Notes under the pieces: generated by a model
Told to the model about the DNA's origin: nothing
The model's database searches: none
What the model saw: only the letters and a program-made list of their open reading frames with translations
Assembly (NCBI RefSeq): GCF_004010195.1
Contig: NC_057719.1
Coordinates: 38,970,394-39,034,393 of the forward strand
Source of the DNA: Chiloscyllium plagiosum
Lineage: Eukaryota
Reading direction: 5' to 3'
Length of the DNA: 64,000 nucleotides
In this document: positions 1 to 12,191 of the stretch, piece after piece
How the letters are laid out: every line of letters begins with the position of its first letter
Numbering within the stretch: the first letter of the stretch is position 1
Position numbers and translations under genes: made by a program

Positions 1-187
1 CCCCACCCCCACTCTCCTGTAGCTTATCTCTCCACACTTCAGGCTCTCTGCCTTTATTCCTGATGAAGGGCTTTTGCCCGAAACGTCGATTTTACTGCTC
101 CTCGGATGCTGCCTGAACTGCTGTGCTCTTCCAGCATCACTACTCCAGAATCTGGTTTCCAGCATCTGCAGTCATTGTTTTTACCTA
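1..187 (+). mobile_element. Penelope-like element 3' terminal repeat, family A (truncated by window start)
   Basis: Same terminal sequence (ATTCCTGATGAAGGG...CCCGAAAC...GGATGCTGCCTGA...CCAGCA) as the 3' end of the RT+GIY-YIG element at 59752-62053; ends ...TCTGCAGTCATTGTTTTTACCT. Confidence 0.85.
56..91 (+). ncRNA. Minimal type I hammerhead ribozyme motif (PLE family A)
   Basis: CTGATGA(60-66)-A-GGGC TTTT GCCC-GAAA-C-GTC(85-87); intact core, ACGT palindrome in place of stem III, weak stem I. Confidence 0.7.
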
Positions 188-189
188 CT

Positions 190-1370
190 GTTACACATTG
201 TTTTGTATTTTGCAAGCCTGGGCTCATTGAATATTGTCCATGTTCTGCTTATTGTGAACAGCAGAATAATGTCATTGGAACATTGAATGTATGTCGCTGA
301 TATCACACTGGCAGTGAAATTCATTTTACTCAATTTTGTGATAAGCAGTATATGCTGTTTACTTGATGGCAGTATTCTATTTGTGGAAAGTCTCCAATTT
401 CTCTTGCATTTGTAGCAGCCCAAAACAGCTAGTTTTACCAATTGCACAAATGTTTGAGATACTTTACCTTCCAGGGTAATTTGAGACAGACTGGTTGCTT
501 TTTGCCCCATGGTGTTGAGCACTGCAATCATAATAAACATCCTAATTTCTGACTTTATGTTGGAAGGAACATTGTTTTCAAAGCAGATGACAATGGTTGG
601 GCACTCCCCTGATGAACACCTACAGTGTCTGGGGCTGAGATGATTGGCTTCCAACAACCCAACCATATTCCTCAGTGCTAAGTGTGACTCCAACCAATGA
701 AAATCTTCTCCTCTGATTTTCATTAACTTCAGTATTTTTCAAGATTTTTATTGGTGTGTTTTGTCAAATGCTGTCTCATCAATGGTAGTCACTGTCATCT
801 CACCTCTGGAATTGATCTCTCTTGTCCACATTTGGCTCAAGGCTCGAATGAGGTCTGCCACTGTCAACCCATGGTGGACCCTGAATTGAGCATTGGTGAG
901 CAAGTTATTGTTAGTACCAATTGATTGGAGTGGGTGTGCATTTGTCCTGCTTTCTGAGGGTACAACAAACCTGAACTATTTCTCTTGTCAGGTAAACTTT
1001 GGTGTTGTAGCTATAGTGGACAGCTGACAAGGAACTATTTATCTGGAGCATGTATCTGCAGTATTACAGTCAGGTGTTGATAGGGCCTGCAGCCTCTTGC
1101 TGTATCTAGTGGTTTCAGCTGATTCTTTCATTGCTTGAATTGACTGAAGACACACCAGTGATGCCGGTGATCATGGAAGGAGGCTGAGAGAGGTTACTGT
1201 CTCAGTGCTTCTGGCTGAAAACCTGAGACAAATCTTTCAGTCTTGTCTATTGCACTGAGGTAATGGGCTACACCAGTATTGATCATGGGGTGTTGGTGAA
1301 TCACCGCCTTCAAGAGACAGTTGATTAATTGTGCATTAACATTCATGATTAGTTGTGATAGGTCTGCTTT
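190..1370 (-). mobile_element. Degraded CR1/L2-clade LINE ORF2 (RT) fragment
   Basis: ORF 181-723 contains decayed RT-like text (CPTIVICFENNVPSNIKSEIRMF, cf. GPTIFSCFINDLPS..RS..MFADD); similar to 18190-19040. Confidence 0.7.
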
Positions 1371-1444
1371 GGAGGCCTATGCAAAAATAAATGAGTTGTG
1401 ATAGTGCAAGGCACTCAATACTCATATATCATTGTTCGAGATAT

Positions 1445-1806
1445 AATAACACCAAGTGACTTGACAGGACAAATGCTGAAGGGATGTTTCCTCTCATTGA
1501 AGAGTCTAGGATCAGAGGGCATGGTCTTAGAATAAAGGGGCATCAATTTAACACTGAGATTAGGAAGAATGTTTTCTGTCAGATAGTTGTTAGTGTTTGG
1601 AACTCCTTGCCATAGAGAGCTGTGGGGGCCCAGTCCTTGTGTGTTTTTAAGGCCGTGATAGATTCTTGATCAGTCAGAGAATGAAGGGCTATGGAGAACA
1701 GGCAGGAAAATGGACTTGAGGAGTGTTGGATTAGTCACGATCCTATTGAATAGACTTGAGGGTGTAGATAGGGCCTAATCCTGTTCCTAATTCTTATGGT
1801 TTTATG
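1445..1806 (+). mobile_element. CR1 LINE 3' fragment
   Basis: Decayed TRGH..K / R.NFF.QRVV..WN.LP coding region followed by a TTATGG-type tail. Confidence 0.8.
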
Positions 1807-2125
1807 GACCATCAAGCTCAGAGTTGGTAGCCTTTCACCAAAAGTTAATGAATAGCAAAAGCAGAAGTGAACGAAACAACAACCTGTGGATCAAGATTGC
1901 TGTTGGAAGAAGCCCGGGAACAGATGCAAGTTCATTATGCAGCTGATGCCTTATCAGATAACTAAACTATAATCACAGGTAAAGCAGCAGTGATTGAGAA
2001 CTCCTGCTCAAAATGTAGAGCCTTGTCTGATACTCATCTCATCAAATAGACAAGGTGTTCTGAGACCTATTCTTGCACTATTTTTGAACCATCAAATTAA
2101 GTCATTGACTATCAAAACATATTAT

Positions 2126-2442
2126 AGCTGCCTCACAGTGCAGGGACTCAGATTCGATTCCAGCCTCAGGTAACTGACTATGTGGAGTTTGCAAATTCAC
2201 CCCGTGTCTGTGTGGGTTTCCTCCTGGTTCTCCAGTTTTCTTCCACAGTCCAAAGATGCATTAGTTAAGTGAATTGGTAATGCTAAATTGCCCATAGTGT
2301 CCAGTGATATGTATGTTAAGTAGATTAGCCATGGGAAATATAGAGTTATAGATTAGGGTGGTGGGTCTGGTTGGGATGCTCTTTGGAGGGTCGGTGCAGA
2401 CTCGATGGGCTGAATGACCTGCTTCTGCACAGTAGGAGTTCA
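2126..2442 (+). mobile_element. HE1-type tRNA-derived SINE (5' clipped)
   Basis: GCTGCCTCACAG..GATTCGATTCC B box, TGTGGAGTTTGCA..CCGTGTCTG.GTGGGTTTCC body, CR1-like 3' tail; similar to 54310-54620. Confidence 0.85.
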
Positions 2443-2526
2443 ATGGTTCCACATTGAACAATGATGAGATGTATTGTCATACAAAGCATGACTCCAGACA
2501 GATTTCAAAATGGTTTGGCACTAAGG

Positions 2527-2752
2527 ATAGTGAGGACTGCAGATGCTGGAGATCAGAGCTGAAAATGTGTTGCTGGAAAAGTGCAGCAGGTCAAGCAGCA
2601 TCCAAGGAGCAGGAGAATCAACGTTTCGGGCATGAGCCCTTCTTCAGGAATGAGGAGTTTCTGAAGAAGGGCTCATGCCCGAAACATCGATTCTCCTGCG
2701 CCTTGGATGCTGCCTGACCTGCTGCGCTTTTCCAGCAACACATTTTCAGCTC
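2527..2752. mobile_element. Palindromic PLE family A mini-insertion with two inverted hammerhead motifs
   Basis: ~95 bp inverted arms (2554-2648 / 2660-2753); TSD TGGCACTAAGG at 2516-2526 and 2753-2763; cores at ~2618-2647 (-) and 2661-2688 (+). Confidence 0.85.
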
Positions 2753-4069
2753 TGGCACTAAGGCTAGGCAGCATCTCAAGTTTCATTCTTGCAGCTGCAG
2801 TTACAATGACAATTGATCAGACAGGTAATGACGTAAATGACAACAATATATTTACACGTGAGATTCTTTTCATAACGAAGTGTCACCTGTGCCATCTATG
2901 TGCTTTCAGAAACTTTTCTTTCTCGCTTTCCTTTCACTATGAACACTGTGTAGGGCTATTCCTGGCTATTGGCATTTGACCTGGTGCACAATTAATCTTT
3001 AAGTATGATACCACCAGCAGCAAGTACTGTCAGAGATCACCTGTGAGAGACCACAGATAGAAACCTTCCACAAAACTCTCCAAAATTGCATATGGTAAAA
3101 CTTAGCCCAATGTTTTTCATTTTTCAATGTTGGATTCCTGTTCATTTGGAAATAATTTGTCTCATATGCTTTTCCCATGTCCATTGATCTCTACACAGCA
3201 TAGCAAGTGCATTTAATTCAAAAGTACTTGCTTGTTGTGAGTCCTTAGAATAGCTGCTCCCTAAATATGCTGTCTAATAGCACTGCCATCTGCCAAAAAG
3301 TCCACTTATAAATTCTTAAGCAATTCTTGTAAAGCACTTCTGCTTTAATGTTTGTTTCCAGAAATAGATAAAAAGAAGTCAGCTGACTGAGTATTTTTCT
3401 TTTCCTATTTCCAATTCCACAGCAAGGACAAAAGATACACAAGCCATTGGCAATGCACTGAGGATTCTGATGACAATCATTATTGTCAGTGTAAGAAAAC
3501 ATTTGATGAAAATCAGCAATATCCACATGGTGGTAATATTATCAGTGGTTATATTTCTTGAGATTTCACTGTTTTGGTGTTTAGATGGAACATTATATGT
3601 CAAAAATATATTCTCAAAGAAACGCAAAATAATATGACCATTAAAGCGCACATCATATCTGAAGTTGACAAAATAATAAATGATGTTTAGGCTGTTCAAA
3701 GCTGTGAATATAACTGTTTTCCTAAATCCTTTCATCTTAATAAAGCACCCATTCTTTAAAAGCTTGAATATGTTGATTTCTAAAAATCATAGTCAGGCAA
3801 TTATACATGACATGGAATACGGTATTGTTCTCTTTTGACCTTGAGGATTGTATTTAAAAAGGATTTGCTAATTTGAAATTATCACAGGCCATTAAGAAAT
3901 CTGAGAATTTAAAACAAACACAGGATTAAGCAGAGGTTTCCCTGTACACCGTTAAGACTGAGATTGGAGGAGTGCACCGTCAATCCATTCTCACTACTTG
4001 CCACATAAAATAAAAATACTTTCTCCAATTACCAAGATGACCAAGTAAATCTACATCATCTTTCAAAAC

Positions 4070-4233
4070 AGGTCAGAAGTTACATGACACAAGCTTATAG
4101 TCCAATAGGCTTATTTGAAATAACAAGCTTTTTGAGCCCTGGTCCTTCGTTGGATGAAGTGGTGAAGACTTCACATGATGAAGGAGCAGCACAATGAAAA
4201 TTCAACAGTTCAACACTAGAACCTCCACATCAT
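4070..4233. mobile_element. Old palindromic PLE family B remnant
   Basis: TTATAGTCCAA..AAGCTTT..CCTTCG then TGATGAAGGAGCAGC..GAAA and terminal CTCCACATCAT; TSD-like ACATCAT.TTTCAAA on both sides. Confidence 0.6.
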
Positions 4234-5569
4234 GTTTCAAACAAAGAAATCTATCAACCAAATTTCTTAATAAGCACAGTTATTTATTGATTATCAAATC
4301 AATACTTATTTATTAAAGATGCAATATTTGGTTAACATACCCAATCAGTGATACAGAGTGTACATGCTTAATCCTCTAAATAGCCCCTAAATGTACACAA
4401 ATACACATGCACACAAACATGGATGCACATGCTTTCTTTTTCTCTAGAAAATAGAGAAAAAAAACAAATTTTTCTGCAGAGTTTGGCTTTCTGCAAAACA
4501 AAATAACACTTTGGCCAAAGAGTTATTCTTGAATGCAGAGACAAAAGGATCAAGCACAGAATATTTCACAGTCAGTTACCCTGTCCTCCTCATGTGGTCA
4601 AGTCACTAAACATTCAAAGCTGTCTCTGAAGCTCTGCAAACAAAGTTAGTTTGTTCTTGAGATTTTCTTCCAATTATTCTTTCCAAAGAACTAATATGTT
4701 TCACCTTGAATTGATGTGGATAGATTAGCTGGTCAGCTTGTCCATTGTAAGCTTTCCTCTCACTCTGTTTGTTCTTAGCAGATATACCTCCAACTGAACT
4801 GGATAAAATCAGAACCACTCCAAGACAGAAACTTTATTCAAAACAGCTTCAAAAGAGTCTACAACAAAGCAAGCAATTATCAGCAGTCTCAAGCTTTCTA
4901 GAAAGGGTTGTTTCAAACTAAAAGCTCCAATGTCCAAGGTAAACTTTCAATCACTTCTTATAAAGGAACACCCCAGGAGTATCCACAGAATTTAAAATAA
5001 ATTCCTTTCTCCACATTCCTTCAAAATCTTAGTCCTCCAAGCAATATTAAGCATAAAACATCTTTGGAACAACAGTGGATATTGCAAAATTACAGACCCA
5101 CTCTTTATATACACATTCATGATACTGTTGTGCCAGCTTCACAGACTAAGTGTTAATAGTATGATTTTGGTTGAGATAAGCAGTATGTAAATCTAAATGT
5201 AGTGCTGCCTACTTATTTCCTTAACTATTGCACTGATCAGCATATCAGCCATACCTTTGTGCTCAGCAGGGAGACAAGCAGTATTCAATCAGCATAAGAT
5301 GCAGCCAGCTTTCTGTTCTTAAAGGCAGCTTGCCCCTCTTTTGCACTGACTTACAGAAGGCTACTGCTAAATACAGTTGCTGCAGTTCTAAAGAAACACT
5401 TGGACAGGGATGGTTGGGGTTGTGTTTGCAATGTTGGAATTCTTTTGTATTAGAAATGGAAAGGAGGAGAGAAACCTTTAGTTTTAGCTGACTGCCAGAG
5501 AGTTGTCAACAACAACTCTGAGAAGGGAGTGGCAGCTGGTGGCATTTTATTTCATTCATAAATGGGATA

Positions 5570-5895
5570 TGGGCTTCCCTGGCTGTGTCAACATTTATTC
5601 CCCATTCGTAATTATCTGGAGGGCATTTAAGACTCAACCACTCTGCTGTGGGTCCAGAGTCACATGTAGATCAGACCAGTTAAAGATGCCAGACTTTCTT
5701 CCCTAAAGGACAATAGTGAACAATATAGGTTTTTAATAAGCATCGAAATGGTTACGTGGTCATCGTTAGATTAATTTTTTATTGTTATCAAATTTCACCA
5801 TCTGCCATGGTGAGATTAAAATCAACACCGTCAGAACACGTGCCTGAGGTTTCGGATTCCTAGTCCAATGGCATTACCACAACACTACTACCACC
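5570..5895 (-). mobile_element. tRNA-derived SINE (second family)
   Basis: Reverse complement resembles 32460-32850 (GTGGTAAT..C.A..GGACT.G.AATCC head; GTGACTC..GACCCACAGCA body). Confidence 0.65.
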
Positions 5896-8567
5896 TTTTA
5901 TTGATGGGAGGTCAGTTCCCACTACCTTAACTCAAGTTCAATACTGTCACAGAAAGTCCTAATGCACATGAATAAAATCAGTGAATGCATCTTCACATGC
6001 TACCAACAGTTACACAAACTTCTCACGCTACTCAACATGCCCTCATTCACTCTGCACCAGTCCCTCATACTGAGGAGTCACACCTTAGTTATTCCACTTC
6101 ACCTTTATACATGTCACAGCGTTGTCAGACTTACCATCATGTCTTACTAGCTCTACATATTTTCAATTCATGCAGAAAAAGCAGGTGCATCATTAAGACA
6201 CAGTGCAGCACAATCGATGACTTTCTTCCCCCTCTCTTGCAGGATGAGGTGGCACACAATATAAAAGAGCAGAAGAGAACTTAAGAGCTCAAGGTAACTA
6301 CAACACCTGTGTACTATAGCAGAATATCATAGGGTTAACTGTAACTTATGTTATGGCATTTCGTATAACAGAATACATTGATGTGGATAGGTTCTGCATT
6401 ATTTTCCTCCACAAGTCTTAATAGAACCTCATGTTAGTTGGCATGATGACTAAGTTATAGATTTTGTGACCATGATTTTCATGCTTTCCATCTTTCTCTT
6501 ATTTGATATGGCACTTCATACATTAGTACTGTGTGTATTTCAGAAACTGGCATTTATATGTGGTATGTCACCATCACAAGTGGTAAAAAGATGGTTTATT
6601 TACAGGTTTACCAGAGGGCATGGTCACAGACAACTGATATTGCTGTAGAGTCAAATGAGAAGCTTGATGGAGAAGAACATTAACACACATGCAAACAGAA
6701 ATGTCGTGTACATTTGCAGACCTGCCAGTCAGCTTCCCACTTCTGCCAAAGAACATGGCAGGATCTGGGTTCAGGTTGGCAGAGAACGTCATACAATAGT
6801 TACCTTCCCTGCAGCCTCTGCTTTATCTACAGCCTCTGCTCCATCTTTCTAACTAGCTGCAACTCCAGAACACTGTCACTTGCTTCTCCTATACATTGCA
6901 GCTTTGCTTATGGATTGATCACCTACTCCTCTGTCTTCCCTGCAAGGATGCAACAACACGATGTGAAATACAGGAATTTAATACATTACCAAAAATATTC
7001 CAAAATACTTAAGAATATTCACAATTTTAATTTTTTTACCAAATTACCTGAACCGTATGTTGGATTACTGATCTAGTAAATAACATTAGTGCTGGGCATC
7101 TCTTTTTAGTAGAATGTTTGTTCTTTGTTGAATGATGGATAAATTCAGTAACTGGATCTTCTTGGCTCAAGTTTGAAAAATAGACATCACATCAGCTGAT
7201 ATGACTGTGTAATGTCATAACATCACAAGTTCAGTTGCATCATTTGCAAAGCTTAGCCATGTAAGATCCCTTCTCAAGATGCTGGGCTCTGCAGATTCTA
7301 TCAAAGCAGCTGGTGACGCAGTGTAGAGCCTTTACAGGGCATTCAATCTCAGACATGCAGCCTCAAATCCAGTGCAGCTACTCACCTGAATGTTTAGTCC
7401 ACAAACTATTTCCCCAGATCTGTGTCTTCTGTGAGGTCTTATTGGATTAAAAGTGCTAAATTAGTATAAGTTATGGTCCTCTGTAAAGAAACTCTAGAAC
7501 CCATAACAACAACAGTATGAAGTACACAAATGTTGGCCAATTCCTTTGAAAATTGTTACATAAAATGAGCCAAAGTTCCCCTATAAAGCCAATTTAGTAT
7601 ATGTCATTTCAGTTTGCAAAATATGTTTTTAGAATATCAAAATATATTGACAAAATGAATAACATAACCTTGGATTTGTGAATGGTAGTATTGAGAAATT
7701 ATGCAAAACCTATGAAAAATAACAATTCAACTCTTGTTGGAATATTGTGTACAATTGGGGGAAATCGACATTAGGAGGATGTTACTGTATAACGTAATGA
7801 TTGTGGAAGGGTTAATATTGGAGCCTGAATTAGACTCCAGCAAAATTGATGATTATCAGACAATCTTGAGTGGGAGGAGTTGTAAAGTGTGGCAGGGGAA
7901 TATCAGAGCAGGTCAGGCACGAGTCCAGCTTGAGATTTTAATGGGGGCAGATATATTTGCCTTGGCTCCTGTTAGTCTTAGCAATTATAGTTGGAAATTT
8001 TTCCATTTTGTGTTAGTGTTTTGTTGAGTGAGATTCATGGCACCCACCATGGATCAGAGTGATGTTTTTCACACAATCTTCCACTCTTCACTTCATTAAT
8101 TATGTAACTGAGGCTACAATTTACTCCTCTGCAGTTGTGGAATTATTTTTCACAGTAAGTATTTTTGAGATGCATTGTTAAAGAAGCAGTTCAGTCTTGT
8201 TCATGTATGAAATAAATTAATTTTCTCAGAAAGCACTGACTAAATATCAGATTGAGCAATGAATTATTATTCTACATTTAATTCAAAAATTAATTATTTC
8301 ATCGTGAAATCTGTTAGTACCCATCAGCTCTACTACCTGTGCAAACATGCACAACAGACAGTTATGAACCTGAAGGGACTGATAGCTAATGAAAATAAAT
8401 TCAAACTCACATGAATAACAGAAAGGATGACACAATAGTTCATATTTTAAGAATTTCTTTTTACAAATAAAGCAATAGCAATGTTAGCAAAACAATATTT
8501 TGTAGGTAAATTATACTTTAAACCTCAAAGTTCAACTTTCTGTTTTACTTTTAACAGAATTGAAAAC

Positions 8568-9004
8568 TTTTAGGAAGACTTGTAGCTCAAGTTGACATTC
8601 TGGATGTAGGTTTGCTCACCGAGCTGGACGGTTCATTTCCAGATGTTTTGTCACCCTACTAGGTAACATCTTCAGTGGGCCTCTGGGCGAAGCACTGCTG
8701 ATAGTTCCTGCTTTCTATTTATATGTTTGAGTTTCTTTGGATTGGTGATGTCATTTCCTGTTCATTTTCTTAGGGGTTGGTAGATGTGTCTAACTCAATG
8801 TGTTTGTTGATAGAGTTCAGGTTGGAATGCCATGCTTCTAAGAACTCTCGTGCGTATCTCTGTTTGGCTTGTCCTAAGATGGATATGTTGTCCCAGTCGA
8901 AGTGGTATCCTTCCTTATCTGTGTGTAACACTGAAGATGTTACCTAGTCGGGAGATGAAACATCTGGAAATGAACCTTCCAACTCAGCGAGCAAGCCTAC
9001 ATGT
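8568..9004. mobile_element. PLE family C remnant: GIY-YIG C-terminus flanked by inverted terminal repeats with decayed hammerhead motifs
   Basis: Minus strand ~8790-8853 reads REFLEAWHSNLNSINKHIEL (PLE endonuclease C-terminus); cores at 8639-8678 (-) and 8931-8967 (+); TSD AGAATTGAAAAC at 8556-8567 and 9005-9016. Confidence 0.8.
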
Positions 9005-9067
9005 AGAATTGAAAACCTCACTCAGATTATAATTTACATTGCCTATTAATTCTCACACAACTAGTCC

Positions 9068-9172
9068 ACATAAGAACAGGAGTGGTCCATTCAGCCTATC
9101 AAGCTTGCTCTACAAATTAATACAATCATACACTCCAATGCCCTTTTTCTCACATCAGCTCCATATCCCTTT
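9068..9172 (-). mobile_element. CR1 LINE extreme 3' fragment
   Basis: CATAAGAACAGGAGTGGTCCATTCAGCC..CCATATCCCT, the reverse complement of a CR1 3' UTR. Confidence 0.6.
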
Positions 9173-10406
9173 TTGTTATCTAAAGTAACTTGTAACTCCC
9201 AACAGTTTATTTCTGTTCATTGATTATCTTTCCCAGCCTATCTTTCATAACAGGGAGTTTTTTAAAGAATCTCCTTCTAACTCAATTTTCCAGCCTCATA
9301 TCAAAATCTGACACATTTTGTCTCTTCAAACCAAGTGCAAACTCCCACCTGCATTCCTGAATGATGAATTAGAGAGATTTGTTGCTTCTAGTTGTTCTTT
9401 CTCTCTCCCTTTGCCTTTTCTTGAACGCCTACAGACTGACCTGTCTATGAAACACAGGGATATGTTTTAGGAGAACATAATGTCATCCTACAATGGCTTT
9501 CTATACAGCCTTGTCCCCTCACAGCAACGTGAATCATATGTACATTGCATCAAGGTAAAATACCTTATTAGCTATTCTTAGATCTAAGCTTCATTCATCT
9601 TGAAATTAAATAAACAATTAAATCTAACCATTTACAAAACCTGACATTCTTACGCCTTCCTGGGACTTTGAAAACTAACTGTCAGCTATTGCTGCAGTCC
9701 CCTACCATCTACTTGCCAGTGAAAAAAAATCAGGCTCACTTAATCCTTTTAATAATCAAATAACTAATGCTTTGTTATCACAAATTCTGAGTAGGTCACA
9801 TAATCTGTTTCATTCCTATTACTACAGTAGTACAATAGTCATACTGTACTATTCAAACACAGTACCAAACATAACAATTTTGTAAAACCCCACATTGGTA
9901 ATGTAATGACAGTGGTAAGTATGGACTGTCAAATTATAATTTCCATCTTATTGTTATTATTGAGATTTGGTGAGCTGTGATGTTTTTTATAAATGTCAAG
10001 TACCGATCTAAATTTGCAGCCTTGGTCTCCTGATCACAGATTGAGGCAAGTCTACTAGATTAATTTGGAATAAATAAAATTGTTTGCATCAAAATTGCCA
10101 TTTTGTCTGGAGACATTGAAATCAAGGATCTAAGTTAATGTAAAGAAATTAGCATCTCTTGTTTTAATTCACACGTGTATGATAATTGCACATTTTGGAC
10201 ATCAAAGGTTGCCTGCAACTGTTCAGCTTGGAAAGACAATGGAACTCTGTTTCCATCATTTCCATCCATCAGTCTGACTGGTGTTCAGATCGCAAAAATA
10301 TACATAACAATAATCCTTTAATTCAGCTTTTTTAAGAGACATCCTTCCTTTAATAAATTAAAAATCACACAACATTAGGTTATAGTCCAACAGGTTTAAT
10401 TGGAAG

Positions 10407-10443
10407 CACACTAGCTTTCGGAGCGACGCTCCTTCGTCAGGTG
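10407..10443 (-). ncRNA. Minimal type I hammerhead ribozyme motif (PLE family B)
   Basis: Reverse complement: CAC-CTGACGA-A-GGAGC GTC GCTCC-GAAA-GC-TA-GTG. Confidence 0.75.
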
Positions 10444-10773
10444 ATTGTGGAGGGCTCGATCGTAACACAGAATTTATAGCAAAAATTTGCAGTGTGATGT
10501 AACTGAAATTATACATTGAAAATTTGATTGTTTGTTAAGCCTTTCATCTGTTAGAATACAGTGATAGTTTCACTTCTTTCATGTGTAAATCACAAAACCC
10601 TTTTTTTAAAAGTTGCATTCTTGGGTTAGCTGTTAACAATAGTGATAGCTAGACAATATGTTGAAGGTGTTAGCCCCTGTGTTCTCTGTCTAAACCGGGA
10701 CCTCAACTGGGCCTCGGGTTCATGTCACATTACAGGTGATCACCATTGCACTACACACACACACTCTCACATA

Positions 10774-10917
10774 CATGGCCAATTCACCTGACCTGCACAT
10801 CTTTGGACTGTGGGAGGAAACCAGAGCACCTGGAGGAAACCCACACAGACACGGGGAGAATGTGCAAACTCCACACAGTCAGTCGCCTGAGGCGGGAATT
10901 GAACCCGGGTCTCTGGC
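10774..10917 (-). mobile_element. HE1-type SINE (runs into gap)
   Basis: GCACATCTTTGGACTGTGGGAGGAAACC..TGCAAACTCCACACAG..GAATTGAACCCGGGTC. Confidence 0.9.
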
Positions 10918-11079
10918 NNNNNNNNNNNNNNNNNNNNNNNNNNNNNNNNNNNNNNNNNNNNNNNNNNNNNNNNNNNNNNNNNNNNNNNNNNNNNNNNNNN
11001 NNNNNNNNNNNNNNNNNNNNNNNNNNNNNNNNNNNNNNNNNNNNNNNNNNNNNNNNNNNNNNNNNNNNNNNNNNNNNNN
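10918..11079. other. Assembly gap (N run)
   Basis: Run of N characters. Confidence 1.
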
Positions 11080-11095
11080 AGGTTTAATTGGAAGC

Positions 11096-11131
11096 ACACT
11101 AGCTTTCGGAGCGACGCTCCTTCATCAGGTG
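11096..11131 (-). ncRNA. Minimal type I hammerhead ribozyme motif (PLE family B)
   Basis: Reverse complement: CAC-CTGATGA-A-GGAGC GTC GCTCC-GAAA-GC-TA-GTG. Confidence 0.75.
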
Positions 11132-11194
11132 ATTGTGGAGGACTCGATGCAAATTTTTGCTATAAATTCTGTGTTATGATCGAGCCCTCCACAA

Positions 11195-11231
11195 ACACCT
11201 GATGAAGGAGCGTCGCTCCGAAAGCTAGTGT
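11195..11231 (+). ncRNA. Minimal type I hammerhead ribozyme motif (PLE family B), best-formed copy
   Basis: ACAC-CTGATGA-A-GGAGC GTC GCTCC-GAAA-GC-TA-GTGT: 4 bp stem I, 5 bp stem II, AGCT palindrome; predicted cleavage after 11227. Confidence 0.8.
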
Positions 11232-11882
11232 GCTTCCAATTAAACCTGTTGGACTATAACCTGGTGTTGTGTGATTTTTAACTTTGTACACCCCAGCCCA
11301 ACACTGGCATCTCCAAATCATTCCTTTAATAACAGGAGGATGCATGTACCATGCAGTCTGCTAACTGCATTGACATGGCCTGTTGCCCTGTGTAGGGGTT
11401 GTTAGTTTCAGTAAAAAGCAGAAAAGTAAAAACTCAGAGCTACAGGCACTCCAGCTAATGCCACATAAATCAAGTGAGGTGAGTATATATATTCACACCA
11501 AAATACAGAGTACAGCACCAAAATACATTACTATGCAAACTGAGAAATTGGCTCTTTCGGAGGTTAAGGCACAAAGAAACAGAAAGCAGATATCTGATGG
11601 CTTGGGTAATGGTCGTTGTAGCTCGTTCACAATATCAATGGAAGAGGTTTGATGAAACCTCTAACAATCAACACCGCTAAAAGTATTCCTGATTTCTGGA
11701 ATATATAAGCAAACACATTTCAGTAGGTACTTCAAATCAGCAGAGCAGAGAGATGAAAACATGAATTTGTAACAAGAGCTTTTCTCAGCCTCTCAGAAGA
11801 TAGTGAAAAAACAAATTGGAGAAACAAGCATACACTAAGAACTCAAAGATATCTACAAACAATGCCACTACTGATGATACCA

Positions 11883-12191
11883 TAGAAGCAGGCCATTCGG
11901 CCCATCAAGTCCGCACCGACTCCCCAAAGATCATTTCACCCTGCTACCCTACCTCTGTACCCCTGCATTTCCCATGGCTAATCCACCTAGCCTGCACATC
12001 ACTTGAGACTATAGGCAAATTAGCACGACCAATCCACCTAATCTGTACACCTTTGGACTGTGGAAGGAAACCCATGCAGACACAGGGAGAATGTGCAAAC
12101 TCCACACAGGCAGTCACCCGAGGCTGGAATTGAAGCTGGGTCCCTTGTGCTGTGAGGCAGCAGTGCTAACCACTGACACACAGTGCCATCC
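11883..12191 (-). mobile_element. HE1-type SINE, near full length
   Basis: Reverse complement starts with a tRNA-like head (GTCAGTGGTTAGCACTGCTGCCTCACAGC..CTTCAATTCC) and ends in a CR1-like tail. Confidence 0.9.

Larger units (their letters stand above)
10357..11320. mobile_element. Composite PLE family B insertion (inverted terminal repeats, three hammerhead motifs, nested SINE, gap)
   Basis: TSD TTCCTTTAATAA at 10345-10356 and 11321-11332; decayed GIY-YIG end (..GFMSHYR*) near 10700-10740 (+); near-identical termini in both orientations. Confidence 0.85.

Noticed and set aside
2527..2752. miRNA precursor or DNA-transposon MITE
   Set aside because: Arms are PLE terminal sequence, unequal in length, with long variable TSDs typical of retrotransposition
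4580..4634. Minus-strand micro-exon with branch point and acceptor
   Set aside because: Stops in all frames; no support as coding, and a non-coding exon cannot be shown from sequence alone
6804..6939. AG..GT-bounded minus-strand candidate exon
   Set aside because: Stops in all three frames; context looks like decayed Harbinger sequence
10736..11179. ORFs spanning 10.7-11.2 kb
   Set aside because: Open only because they run through the N gap and SINE sequence
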